NCBI RefSeq assembly: GCF_006345805.1 | Contig: NW_021836000.1 | Span: 221,407 to 285,406, forward strand | Length of the DNA stretch: 64,000 bases | Source: Octopus sinensis | Lineage: Eukaryota | Reading direction: 5' to 3' | Part shown: positions 27,336-40,420 of the stretch, one piece after another | Layout of the letters: each line of letters begins with the position of its first letter | How positions within the stretch are numbered: position 1 is the first letter of the stretch | Notes under the pieces: model-generated | Told to the model about the DNA's origin: nothing | Database searches by the model: none | The model's input: the letters and a program-made list of their open reading frames with translations, nothing else | Position numbers and translations under genes: made by a program

Positions 27336-28493
27336 CAGTGGTTCTTAACCTTTTTTAAGTCAGCGCCCCCTTTTGACACAATTTCGAAGCTTCAAAATTT
27401 CAGCGCCCCCCTATTATTTAATTTATTTTTTTTCAATTATAGATTTATTTGGCAATTTTTTCGCCAATTGTTTCATTTTAATATTTTCGAATATTACTTA
27501 TTATTTTTTTAGAATTAAAAAGGGTATTCACAAACCAAACTTTTTTATATAAAAAAATTTTAGTGACTGCCTTGTGCTTGATGGGAATTTGTCAATCGTT
27601 TTATGTCAGCTTCAATAGTCGACAGACTTAGTCTCAAATCTCCTCTATTCACAATTTGTAATTTATTTCTTTTTTTGGTCAAAATATTAGAGACTGCACT
27701 AAATCCTCTTTCAACTAGATATGTTGAAGGAAATGCTATTATAAGTGTTTCAATTTCATTCCACAATAAAGGATATTTTTTTCTATGAGTAACCCAGAAT
27801 TGTTGATATCCATATTTGTTGAAAATGACTTTAGCTTCAAAGTCATATTTCAGATTTAATAAATTTTCTGTTATTTCTTGAGATAAATTAACGTTTTCAG
27901 TTTCAAATGGATTTATATACCAATCAAAAAATTTTAAATTTTCTAAATCTTCAAAGCGGATTTTCATGTCATCTTTTAACATTTTTAGATGCAAGCAAAA
28001 GCATTCACAGTCAGAATCCGTTAATTTTTCGACCTAATAAATATTATTACAAAAAATAACCCCAAATTTTTAGATTTGGAAAATTAATAAAAATCTTTTT
28101 CTTAATATTGTTTTCATAAAGTTGTAATTTTTCAATAAAAGGCATAATAATTCCTTTTACATTTATTAAATTGATATTGTTTCCTTGCAAGCTAATATTT
28201 ACTTGGTTGATTTTATAAAAAATATCAGCTAGATAAGCTATATCAGCTTTCAATAAAATCAACTTACTAAAATGATTAAGGAATAATTACCTAAAAATTC
28301 TCTGCTCATGTAACTGACAAAATTCGTACACACAAGACAATTTGAATTTAGAATTAATAGAAAAGCACGTGATAATGATTTACAAAAACTAATAAAATAT
28401 TTATAATAATTAAAAAAAATTAAAATTCCAGCGCCCCCCTAATATGTTCCAGCGCCCCCAGGGGGGCGCCAGCGCCCCCGTTAAGAATCACTG
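27336..28493 (-). mobile_element. Internally deleted Buster-type hAT
   Basis: TIR CAGTG(G/A)TTCTTAAC and TSD GTCTAAAT. C-terminus FPSTYLVERGFS...HQAQGSH. CAGCGCCCCC subterminal repeats. Probable introns at 28267-28290 and 28034-28060. Confidence 0.93.
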
Positions 28494-28629
28494 GTCTAAA
28501 TGGACAAAGTTTTTTGAATAATGGAATGTGTAATAACTATTAAGCAACAACGATTATGTAATAGAATTTTAATATAAATAGAATGGACGAATCACGTTCG
28601 AACAACGATACCGGGATCCAGTTACTATT

Positions 28630-28692
28630 GGTCGCCGAGCGGATGGACAAGCAATTCCCATGCAATATCGAGAACGATATCCGTTGAAAAGA
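28630..28692 (-). mobile_element. Tiny CRE-like 3' fragment
   Basis: Similar to 19735-19795 (FQRISF.IL.GNCLSIRSAT). Confidence 0.7.
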
Positions 28693-28996
28693 ACCAATCT
28701 TTGGGAGTAGTTTGAATAATCCTTTATAAATCTTTTATAAATTATATGATTATATAAATTTTAGTATTACTGATTACACGGTGTATTATTGATACGTTTG
28801 TTGGAATTGATTATGTTTATTATTTAATTCGCACTTTATTTTTTATGTAAATGGATTGAAAGGAATAATCTGTGATGTAATTTTTTTAATGCTTACATTA
28901 TCTGAAAATTCATCATTTTGTGGTATTTTTTTAGTTTATTCCTATAATCTGTTTATATATTAAAATTTTCGGTTTTGCGAATTGGTTTGTTTATCG

Positions 28997-29070
28997 CAGG
29001 GGTGGCCAACCTTTTCACCGGCGAGCTACTTTTCATATTGCGATTTTTGGCGATCGACTTATATATTTTA
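28997..29070 (+). mobile_element. Orphan hAT terminus
   Basis: CAGGGGTGGCCAACCTTTT..GCGAGCTAC..GCGATCGAC. No partner end was found. Confidence 0.55.
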
Positions 29071-30380
29071 TCGCCGCTTTCTTGCACTGTTTTTTGATTG
29101 AGGGAAACTATAAAAAGTAATCAAATTTGGAGACCACCAACCCAAATTGATTTGCTAGATAAATAGTCTCGTTATCTAAATGTTGATCAGTTCGAGATTG
29201 ATAGAAGACTCGTGGTTGATCTAACGTATAAATCAATTTATTTTGTTAAATACATAAATAGATAGGCTGGAAGGGAATAAAATTCATTGGATATTCATAT
29301 GAATTATACGCGTTTCTGCGTGTGGAATTTGTTGTATCTCCAGATTCACCTTTAAGATACGTTTCTATCACTGATACAGTGTGATTGTAGTTATTCGCCA
29401 TGCATAGAGGCATGTATGTATCTCTTAATTACACTAACTGATTATTTCAAAATTCAATAGTGTCAACCGAGAGTATTTCGACGATGTAGTTCGTGCTACA
29501 GTTATCGATATATAAATTCCCACTTCGAAGGCTCTGGACTTAGTTAGTAAAATTACTTAGTTAATTAGTTTCTTTTTTAATAAAATTACAAATTGAATTT
29601 GGCGAATTCGACATTTAATGTCAATACAGTGGAAGTTGTGACTGTTGCTTGAATATAACATCTATTTTTAATAACAATTAAGCCTAATAAATATCACTAA
29701 CGACCATGTCAAATTCTGTCATAGACAAATACTGAGTATTGGATAAACATATTTTGATTGGGGTTTGAAATACTTATTTTAGAGCTGGTTTAAAATAAAA
29801 GAAATGAAAGAGAATGGGGATTTTGACATTCTGATGCAATACCATGACAGAAAAACGCTTCTTTTGTAATAATTATGTCACATCCCTTGGTTAGTGGGAA
29901 CTACCTAGTCAGACACTTTATTCTCACTATGTCATATCTTGCCTTCAATCAAAAGTCTACGACTCAAAAGAAGATTAAAAAATTCTTAAATAATCTTTTC
30001 TATCTGTCAATTTTGTTTACAAAGTAACTTTCGAATTAGTAAATTAATTTATTGATACAATTTTCATTTTAATTCTGAGATGAAATTTAAATGATTTATT
30101 CCAGGAGTGGAAGAATTTTAAAAAATTTTACTTTTGCAAAAATTATGACAAATAATAATTGTCTATAAATTATTAATTTTAAGGATACAAAAAATATTAT
30201 AAACCTACATATAACAATAAAAAAACCATTTTCAGGAAGTCAACTATATTTAAATCGTCTTTCAATAAAAAAACATTTCCCTCGACAATTTACTCCTTTG
30301 CTAGACTACGCTCAACAAACGTGTGTTAAAGGGAGTATTACCAGGGCATTATCCAGCCTGTGACATTTGTTTTTAATTTT

Positions 30381-31019
30381 ATTATATAACAAATTAGGTC
30401 AAGAGAAAAATCGTCATTGGCAGATACCCAGAGTATTGCCTCTGACTATGGCTATAGATATTCGTTCGATTAAATACCGGTGCTCACACGGGTCGCCGGT
30501 AACCCTTTCGATTAATGAGGCAATGCGTTGGAGTAGGGTCCGAGTAGAAGGCCCCTGTATTCCTGACGTCTCAACAGCCAGGGGGACAAACATTCCCAAT
30601 TCCAGCGTATTTCTCAGCTTTTCTCTTTACAGCCCGTTCAGACGGGGCTCCAGGATTCTCGATGCATAATTTGATATTCTGATTGGAAAAGGAGTTCACA
30701 CACATGACGTCCCAAACCAGACACTTTCTCCTCTGAAATGGAAATATAGTCATCCCATCGGGTTTTCTGCCGTCCTCTACGAAAATCCCTGCAGGTTCCA
30801 ATTGTGTGTGGAATCCAGCAGTTCGAAGAGATCGACAGATGATCTGGTTCAGTTCGGAATCCCGTGAGGAACGTCCAATTCCGTTTCGACATGAGAGGGA
30901 GTGATATCCAAACTCGTCAGTCCACACGCCGCACCGGCATTGGTGTTTTGCATAAACGCGTAGACCGAGGCGCAGACAAACTCCAATTCTTACGGCTTCA
31001 TCATTAAGAAGGCAGCCAG
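30381..31019 (-). mobile_element. 5'-truncated CRE-like non-LTR element (restriction-like endonuclease domain)
   Basis: HSLSC..R..LN, EPAG..DGRKPDG..WDV and PLAVETSG. 14-bp TSD TTGTTTTTAATTTT at 30367-30380 and 31020-31033. Confidence 0.9.
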
Positions 31020-31101
31020 TTGTTTTTAATTTTTAAATTTATTTTATCATTTGTAAATAAAAAATATTTATAATTAATTGAATGTTCATTAGCAACTGAA
31101 A

Positions 31102-32636
31102 ATGAAAATTGGTCCTGGTCCACTCGACTCGATTAAAAAACTCAAATTAAAATTAAGTTTACCAGGCGACAATTGGCAAACATATAATATAATTGGGAGG
31201 AACAAAGTGATAATGGACTTGTCAAAAGCCGAATTAGACACAATTTGTGCATTTGGTTATACAAAAGCTCTAAAAACTGTCGACATTTCAAATTGTGAAT
31301 TACAGACATTTCCAACCCAGGTTCTGAATTTCAACAATATAAAAAAAATTTTACTCGACAAAAATTACATCGAGTCAATTCCCGCGGAGATTGCATCTAT
31401 GGAACACCTCAAAATTCTATCACTGGATAACAACAAATTAACTGAAATTACTCATTTGTTGACGGAAATTAAGTCAATCGATGAACTTTCATTTCGAAAC
31501 AACAAAATATCAAAAATCGAATGTTCCTCGCCATGTAAATTAAAATATCTTGACTTGGATAAAAATGAATTTAAACATTTTCCATTTGAAGTCATTTTAT
31601 GGATAATGTTTGTAGATTTTAAAATTGTCATGCTTGGAGTATTTTTTTATTTCAAATAATCCACTTGAAACCGGAATTCCAGACGACATTTCAGAATTGA
31701 AAAATTTGAAAGTTTGATTATTTTTTATGTTTAAAAGATTCTTGATATATCATCTTGTTCTCTAGACAAAATTCCGATTGGGATTTGTTCTCTTTTTCAC
31801 TTGGAAACTCTCGTCGCGTCTTGCAACAACATCACTGAACTACCAAAAGAATTTGAAAAAATGAAAAATTTAAAAGTTTTTTCTATTTAATCAATCAAAG
31901 TCATTTGACATAAGTGTAAATAAATTGACAGAATTAAGCCAGGCCACGTCAAATGTGCTTTCTCTCAAAATTAGCAAAAATTATTCAATGGACTTGAACG
32001 GACTTTTATTTTATCAAAAAATACTCGTTTTGGACATCAGTGGAATACATATTTCTGAAAATATAAACAAATTGAAATTTTTAAAGCAACTACGTGAACT
32101 TTACATGAGAAATTGTTGTATAAATTCATTGGAATTTGTAGCAGAAATATCTATACATTTATTAGTTCTTGATTGTAGTGAGAATTTAATTGAGAAGCTT
32201 CCATTTCAGCTTGCAAACCTTTCAAATCTTCAAATATTGAATCTCAATAAAAACAAAATCGAAAATTGTGCAGTTCAATTGCCAGAATCTCTAATAGAAT
32301 TACATTTAAACTCAAATAGAATTACAAATCCCCCAATTTTGACATCCACTCTTGAAAAAGTGGATTTGAGCAAAAACAAGATTTTTTGCTTAAATACATG
32401 CATTAAAAAAACATCTAATTTGAAGGTAAAATATTTTTTTATTAAATTTATGCTAGGTTTTAAATATAAGTGAAAATAAATTGACAGAGTTGCCAGACAA
32501 GATTGGCTTTTTAAAATTTTTAAAGGAATTATATTTTGATGATAATCCGATTTCCTGGCCTTCTGAAAATGTGCTGTTTTGCAAAGATATTAAAAAAATT
32601 AAAAAATATCTGACCACATTTAAACTTAAAAATTAA
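31102..32636 (+). CDS. Leucine-rich repeat protein with 4 micro-introns
   Basis: Repeated LxxLxLxxNxL units. Removing GT-AG introns of 25, 26, 25 and 31 nt joins ORFs 31102-31659 and 31925-32473 and the last exon. Confidence 0.9.
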
Positions 32637-33149
32637 AATTTTTATTAGTAATGATCGATTTCAACGTAGTCAATTATGTTTGCGTTCAGTGTAAGTTTGA
32701 AATGAATATTTATATTGAAATTTGAATAAATTAATAAATGTTCGTTTTGGTTGATCTTGGACATGAAATAAGCTGTCTATTTAAGTAGTTTTAGAAAACA
32801 AAAATTATCAACACAAATAAAAATCTTTTTTTTATTCATTTAAAAATATAAACATCTAACACTCCTAAACATCATTTCAGTATGTTTCTTGAAACGTAGT
32901 AATGAGGAATAGGTCCAATATCATCTTTATTATAAAAACTTAGACAGGTTCGTATGTTTAGGTAATCAAAGATGATTTTGGATAGAGGCTGCTAGTCTGA
33001 CTGGGGTCCAAAGAATGAGGTCTTTTTAGTGATCAATGAGAAAGTCGTCATTTTAAATCAGATTAAAGACTAAATTTAATTTCTATTATTTAATAAAAAT
33101 TATTTTTCACAATAAATCAAATTAACGTATGAATTTCCACAATATATCA

Positions 33150-34800
33150 AATTAACGTTGCAAAGCATCCGACTTGGTTTAAATACCAACGGGCAGACTT
33201 AAGAGGATGGTCTCTATTGGAAAAACTCTCTGCCATGTCTTTCCTTAACAATCCGAAGACCCACACTAGGACACCTTATAAGGATACCGAACGCTTAATA
33301 TCTCCGGACATTACACTATCCTCAACTAACTTATCCTCAGCCATTTCATGGACAGTAGACTACGATCTTAATTCAAATCACAATCCAATCATCATCAGGA
33401 TCAAGAAAGCCTTTTCTTAAATGAACAAAACTATTTTTATCTATTACAAGAGCGCAAACTGGGAGAGATATGCTAACTTCACCGACGCAATGCTGCAAAA
33501 CTTTGATATTAAACTGTTCAAATTAATCGACGGAGCTGTCAAGTGCATAGAGGAGGCGATCTTGCTGGGTAGAAAACTATTTATTCCAAAATGCACTTAC
33601 CATCACTTCGACAAAAATCTCGACCAGGAGACAAAAATCCTCATCAGGAAAAGAAACTTCATTTAAAAGAATTTAATTTATATTCCCGGAGAAAGAAAAA
33701 AAATAAAGAACCTCAACGATTCCATTGCTAAGAAACTCAAAGAATCCCAAAGAAGAAGATAGGAAAAGCAAATCAAAACGCTTGAAAAGGAAAAATCTGC
33801 CCAATGCACGTGGAACGCTCTCAAAAAGTTCAGACCTGCCAACCATTGCACAGACTCAGAAGAAAAGTCAACCTGAATTGAGTAAACTCATGAAATTCTA
33901 CGCCGGAATCAGCCACAAGAATCATCTAAAGATAAACTCATATTATGTAAGCAATAAACCAAAGAAATCAAACACACCCACCTATATATCCCCTGCTGAG
34001 GTTGCAGCGGTGATTACCAGTACAAAATCATCCATATCCTGTGGACTAGACTTGATTCCAACAATTTTGCTAAAGCAACCTTGGTCCCATCGGAATTGAT
34101 GCAGTGACAAACATTTCAACTATTCTGTTAACCAGAATCAAATACCAAATATATGGAAAAATTCTCTTATATGTCCAATTCTCAAGCCGGGCCGACCGAA
34201 GAACGTCCCCTCCTCATATGTACTCATCTCACTTTTATCTTCAATTGCAAAGATTCTTGAAAAACTAATTCTCAATTTGATCACCCCTATACATACATCC
34301 AACATGGCTTGAGGAGTAATTTCTTTACCTCGACAAATCTTAACATATTAACCCAGTTTATAATGGAAGCTTATCTCAAATCAACGCAAAAATATTTGGC
34401 CTATCCATCGACTCGAACATAAAACTTTGGCTTTTGAATTTCCTCAGCGGAAGGAGAGGGCGTGTATGCCTGAATGGAATCAAATCAATCTCAAGATTGC
34501 TTCCAAATGCGTTCCCCAAGGCTCCTCCTCTTTCCTGCTCTATTCAATTTATACCTATCCGACATTCCTAACCCTGAAATGAAAGACTCAATCATTCTCG
34601 CCTACGCCGACGACCTACTTATTGGATCACGTGATCAAGACCTCTCGAAAGATTCCAAAAGAACACAAGATCTCTTATTACAAATTCAAAATTGGCTATA
34701 TCAAAACAGGATGGGCATCTCCCCAGAAAAATCGTCTACTACCCTATTTACGTCGGACAAGAGATTCGGAGGCCGTACTGTTGATAGGGAAAAGCTGTGA
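33150..34800 (+). mobile_element. Degenerate APE-type LINE (Jockey/L2-like)
   Basis: Endonuclease end SPDITL...SNHNPI, ANWERY, and RT motifs PALFNLYLSDIP and LAYADDL, with many frameshifts. Confidence 0.85.
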
Positions 34801-34944
34801 AAGATTTTGAGGATGTCGGAATCAGCTAATTAATTACCCTAATTAACTATTGGTGATTCTTGGGTTAAAAATAAATAAGTTTCTAATATTCGATTAGTGG
34901 TAAGGTGACTTAAGACTTCAAAACAAAAAATAATTCCAAATTTA

Positions 34945-36250
34945 GCTAATTTAAATTAGTTGCCGAGCGGATGGAATGGCAATTCCCACGAAATATCGTG
35001 AACGATATCCGCTGAAAAAGCCAGCTCGTTTCACGATTGTCATGACTCTTCCTAGAGATTGCTGAATTAATTTCTGAGCGTATTTTGAGCGCTTTGGGTC
35101 CAATTACCCCACTGGTCTCGAAAGCCGAGGGATGAAGCAGGAGGTATCGGTCTACGAGGCATATTTTGCAGTTTTCCTAGATTCGGCAAGGCCAAATGCA
35201 GATTCAGGACGGGAAGCATCACCTCTTTTGACGACCTTGTTATTCTCGGATCCCCGATCAGTGGGAAGGGTACTAGGAAGGCTCTCAATAACAAGGAAGA
35301 GAAGATAAAAGTCCTCATTTTGCGTATCTGCAAACTCTAATCACACCTGAAGCTTTTTCTACTCAAGAATATCTCTTTATTTTGAAACGTACTTTTTTCG
35401 TGCGCTCAAAGCCCTGCTTTCTCGTGCAGGAATACTTATCTCGTCTTGATAATCTGGTTTTGAAAACTCTTGAGTCATTGGTAAACATCATGTTCAAATC
35501 CGATGATATACTCTGTGTTAATTTACCGAGTCGTTATGGGGCATCCGCTTTTGCAGAGATTATCCCTCCTATGTTATCTATCATCGTTGTCAAGTTTGAC
35601 TAATTTCGTCATCTCTGTTTTCTTTCCCTCTTCTGAACAATGCCAGTTGTTGGAATATGTGGCTGGTGTCAACGAGTGGGTTTCTAGGGGGCTTAAAATC
35701 TCGGATACTCCATTTGTTCAAAGGAACTGGGATAAAATATATTGCTCGCAAATATCGAAGATATCCGCCTATATGAAGACCTGTTTCAGTTGGCAAGTAT
35801 TAATTTTGCTTGTCAGCTACATTCGGCCGATTGGCTTAATGAGTTACCGATCTCGTCAGTCGTTATGCTCCTGGACAACGAATCAGTCCGCATTGGAATT
35901 TGTCCTTGGCATTGAGATTTGCGAGCTGCATCATTGTAGATGTGGAACTCATCGACAGGAGGGGGGCATACCCTCTCTTTTGTCGCGTTAGTGCTGGTAG
36001 AATCCCTAGACACGCCTCATAGAATAATGTTGTGAAGCGTGTGCTTAACGTCTCTGGATTCCCCTCAATATTAGAACCAGTTGGACTGGACCGCGGGGAC
36101 AGAAACGCCTTGATGGGTCGACTTTATTCATGTTCAGGGAGTTAAATGTTGGAAATAATTTAAGTTTTCAAAATTTATTTAAAATTTCTGTCTTTTTCAA
36201 TGGATATCATGCTCGCCTGTCCATTCGCTCGGCGACTAATTTAAATTAAC
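34945..36250. mobile_element. Rearranged CRE-like element: 3' end on -, upstream segment on +, and a second small 3' end on +
   Basis: 34955-35190 (-) matches 19735-19956. 35190-36140 (+) runs from LGSPI to CRCG..H.L.C and EPVGLDRGD. 36200-36245 (+) is a 3' tip. Confidence 0.8.
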
Positions 36251-36425
36251 GAACAGTTTTTTCATTTTTTCTTTACCCATAATATATTAATGGTTTTTTT
36301 GTTAGTTTGGGTGATAGTGTAATTAAAAATTTTAAATTATCTTTTTGTGGCAAAGAGCCACTTTTTACTTAAACAGCAATTAAGCATAATTAAAGAGCCA
36401 CCATATAAACAATATAAGAAAATTT

Positions 36426-36900
36426 GGTACTGTTGCATTTCATCCTGCACGAAAATAGCCTCTAAATGAATTAATGAAAATTTTTATGAATATTAGATCG
36501 AAAATTTAAAAAATTGAACTATGCCGATTTTGTAAATTTTATTTTTAAAAAAATTTGAATTTTTTACCGGCTTGTGGAGATGAATGATACAGTTGTCATG
36601 CTAAAATTTGCAAAACTGAAGGACTATGAACTTCCCCGTACTGAAATGGAGTCAGTTGCCTTCCTTCAAGAGGTTGGAATCTTTCCCAAAGAAAAAAAAT
36701 GTAAAAACAGACATTTTATGACCCTTCTCCAACAGCAGGAGAATACAACATGGGTGTGCTATAAAAGTGGGTGTCGAACATATAGTTCTATTAGAAACGG
36801 TATAAGAGAGTACTTTATTCTTAGGTACGTGGCTCGAAGGCACGAAAGTGACCTACTCCTAATACATTTATAGAATTTTTATGGAGAAGGCAAGTGAGCC
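36426..36900 (+). mobile_element. Second Merlin family, 5' part only
   Basis: End begins GGTACT. The ORF at 36574 is homologous to the ORF at 8043 (FLQ.V.I...C...H.M.L...W.C...GCR..SI..TWLE). 25-nt intron at 36800-36824. Confidence 0.8.
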
Positions 36901-37299
36901 ATTTAGACAACTCCTTCGATGAGCTAATAGATGCCATCGTCAAATTTTGTTTGCCGAATATCACGCTTCGTACTACCAGCTGACCTTTTTTGTTGTAATA
37001 AAGATTTTTTCACTGAGGGAATGATGATAAGCATCTTTATTAACCAACAACTGTGTCTTTTTAGACAGGTGGTCGTTAATAGCTCAGATTTAATTTTGTC
37101 GGTATTGTACATTAGAGTAATTAATTCGAAGATTGTCCAGATATCTCATGTGACAGTGTTATTAACTCGGGAATGTAGTTAGTCATTTTTAATTTTACAC
37201 AAGAATTGAGACCTTCCTCGGTTAGCTGACTCTTCAATTTTTATTTTATTGAATTCATTTCTGACAATGACTTTTCGGAAATATATTTTGATCCAAATA

Positions 37300-37880
37300 T
37301 TGTTATAATTCAAATTCTGGATATTTAATTCCTTTGCTACCAAGAAAATATCGAATCTCTTCAATAAGGGATGTGAATCGATTAAGAATATCTCACCTGG
37401 AAAGCCATCTTATTTTATTGCAAAAGATCAATATACTCTGAATCAGTTTTAATTAAAAAATCTTTAAAGAGTCTATGGTTGAGCCCCTTATATTTTGTTA
37501 ATAACAGCTTCTGCTATGTTTTCACAACGTGTGTAGCCTTTAGAAGGTAAGAAAGACAAAAATTCTTGTTTAGGAAAACGTAGACAGTGGTATATTATTC
37601 AAACAATTTACGATGTCTTTTTTTATTTCAAATACTTGGAAGATTTCGTCAGCTGATTTGATAATACACGTTTTTATATACTCTCCGTCACTAAAAGATT
37701 TCCCTTTTGACTGATAATAAAACTGGAAATATTAGAAGTCTTTGACAACTGTATTAAATTTTTAAAAGTTGACGTTAAACATCCAACATTTCTTTTAAAC
37801 GCCTCAACAGCCTTTTTCCAAATATCACCAGAAGGATAATTTTTCGAGGAAACTGATTGGTGAAACTTCTAATTATTACA
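37300..37880 (-). pseudogene. Decayed hAT transposase fragment
   Basis: SFIISQKGKSFSDGEYIK and LNNIPLS. Confidence 0.6.
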
Positions 37881-38221
37881 AAGCTATGAACAGGAAAATG
37901 AATGTTCATAATAGTAAATATGATTATAATGTCGGTGATAAAGTAAGAAATAAAAAACTAATAAATAGATTCGAATTAAAAAAGATTTTGGAACTAATCC
38001 ATCGTTGCGACTGGATAAATTCGAATCACAGTACTATCCATCAGCTGAAATAATAAATATTTTGTCGAATTTTAAATTTTGATTTCCTTGGCCATAGTAC
38101 GTGGAAACTGTGTTTCCATTTACGATGCCGGGAATTTAGTTAGTTAATAACTATTTGTTAATTACATATAACTTTTAAAAAAAAAACAATTTTCAAAAAA
38201 AAAAAAAAATTTATTTAATAG

Positions 38222-39392
38222 ATTTTTTTTTTTTTTTTTTTTTTTAAGGAAGTTAATTTATTAAGACCGAAAATAGTTAAGTTCCAGCGGCGAGGACGCA
38301 GTGTGCGTTGCCCGAACAATGGCCAGGCCGATGCGCTGGCGGAACCAGAGGCTCTCTCTCGAGTCCTTGAGCCTTCTCCCGATGGACTGCCCGACCTCTT
38401 TGAGGAACGAGTCAGTCTCCTTTCCTGCAACTCCAGCGGTCTCCAGAGCGATTGCCGTAACGCGGTAGCGGTCCGCGAGCGAAGAATATTTAGTATTTTT
38501 ATCTTTTCGGCGTGGTTTGCAGCCGAACAAGGGTTGCCGCAGAAGAATGGATCCTCGATTTCGAAAAGGTATCCACAACGGTGACATCCATACAGGGCCT
38601 TCCCGACGAGTACGGGAATATTGTCATCCCGTCAGCCTTTTGCCATCTCCCCGATCGAGTCCGACCGGTTCGAGGAGGCACGAATGGCCCGCCATTTCGA
38701 AACCGGCCTTTACGATTTCATTGAGGGCCTTGTGTCTGTTTCCCTGCCTGCGCTCCTTTGCAGGAAAGTGGGTGCAGTCCCTTTTCGTCAACGTCCTCAC
38801 CGCATCTGCAGCGGTGTTTTGCACAAACATCCAGGCCGAGACGGTGAGCCACTCCGATGCGTATGGCAGCATCGTCTAGCCACGTCCCAATGCTGGAGAG
38901 AGGAAGAGCATTCAGCCAGCTGCCAGAGTGAGGGCGGATGCCGCACGAAGGCATGCCAGGCGGTGTTGATCAAGGGTTGCCGAGAGCTCAGACACACGCG
39001 CTCGGCATGCGATAGAGTCCCAGGCACGTTGGGAGGAGAAATCTTGGGCCTCTCAGAAAAGGAGCGATCCCAGGTAGTGAGCCCATCCGAAAATGCACCA
39101 TCCAGGCAAGATCCGAAAGAGTTGAGTAGGATCTCAGAGGCCAGGTTGTTTGCACATCGAAAACGAGGATAGATATGCCGGAAGTGCCACATCGGATGCA
39201 GTGCGGATTCCCGCACCTCCGAATCTCAATGGGAGCGAGCATTGGGCCCATCCAGGACCATCGAGGTGTACATTGAGGACGGATTCGGCAGTCTTTTCAG
39301 GATTACGTCGTATGCGGCGAGTAGGTCCATATGCAGGAAGCAGGGATTGCTCCTGAGGGTGAAAATGAGTTTCGGCATGTGAATGCTGTTAG
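38222..39392 (-). mobile_element. 5'-truncated CRE-like non-LTR element with poly(A)
   Basis: SGSWLNALP, HRCRCG..HPLSC, EPVGLDRGDGKR and ALETAG...RQRIGLAIVR. Long T run at ~38222-38245. GC-rich. Confidence 0.92.
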
Positions 39393-40009
39393 ATTAAACA
39401 CTCAAATGGGGAAAAGTCTATAGACAGGATTTTTTAATCCTAATTAAAAACTTAATTAAATTAATTATTTTTGTAGTTGATAATTCAATAATAAGATTGT
39501 TTGAAGTTTATCGAAAAATTGACAGATTAAAATTAATTGAAGGTCAGTGTAACGCGCATCCCAAACGTATCGTTTTGCCCATGTCACATATTAAATGTAG
39601 AAGAAAAATGTCTGTTTATTAAAAAAAATTCTTTTTTAACAATTATTTATAAATTTATTAAAGCGAGCCGCAATATAATATTAAATTAGCGTTAACTCAG
39701 AAAACTGCAAAGGGAAATCTGAAGAAGCCGTGTTAATCAGTAAATGAGAGATTCGATAGTTTTGTTGGTTAGCCGGACATCTTCTTTCTACGTCACTGCA
39801 GTAGTGACCACCTGATACTAAATATCTATCAATATTGAGCCTCCTCTTCTGAAAACACTTTAATACTGCATGTAGTGATTTATTATACTATTACCACTGG
39901 AGTTAATTTCCAGGAATAAGATGTACATAAATGATTGTAACTAATTAAATATTATTTATTTATTCAAATTTTAATAACTAATTAAATATTCAAATTTTAA
40001 TAATTAAAT

Positions 40010-40420
40010 AACATGAAATTCCGCTCATCAAAGTTTGGATTACTTCTTAACAAGTCGAGAGAGAAGTTACATAAATATGATCTTTGGAAAGCGAATTAAT
40101 GTTAATCCAGCACGGAAAAGTGAACATTGTACCACTGGTTTTCACAAGGGATGGAATGGTATCCAAATTTTACAAGCACTACCAAAACTCCCTAAAAGTC
40201 CAAAATTTGACTTGTACCTATGTCCAAAAGATTTTGATTAAAAAGACATTAGAAAGCATTTGTCTGGAACACAAGATACGGCTGCAAATAACGTAACAAG
40301 TATTTCAATAGGTGTTTGGGCAATCAATAAGCGACTAAAGGAGGAATTGACCACCGCGAGACATCAGTAGAACCTGTTGAGGACACGGACGTTGTATCAT
40401 GCCCCATGAGTCTAGCAAAA
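40010..40420 (+). mobile_element. R4-like non-LTR 3' remnant
   Basis: VNIVPLVFTRDGMVSKFYKHY...YVQKILIKKTLESI, homologous to 51652-52341. Confidence 0.75.

Noticed and set aside
38303-39356. Plus-strand ORFs over the GC-rich retroposons (also 63423-63995 and 51902-52821)
   Set aside because: They are antisense shadow ORFs of the CRE-like and R4-like coding sequence.
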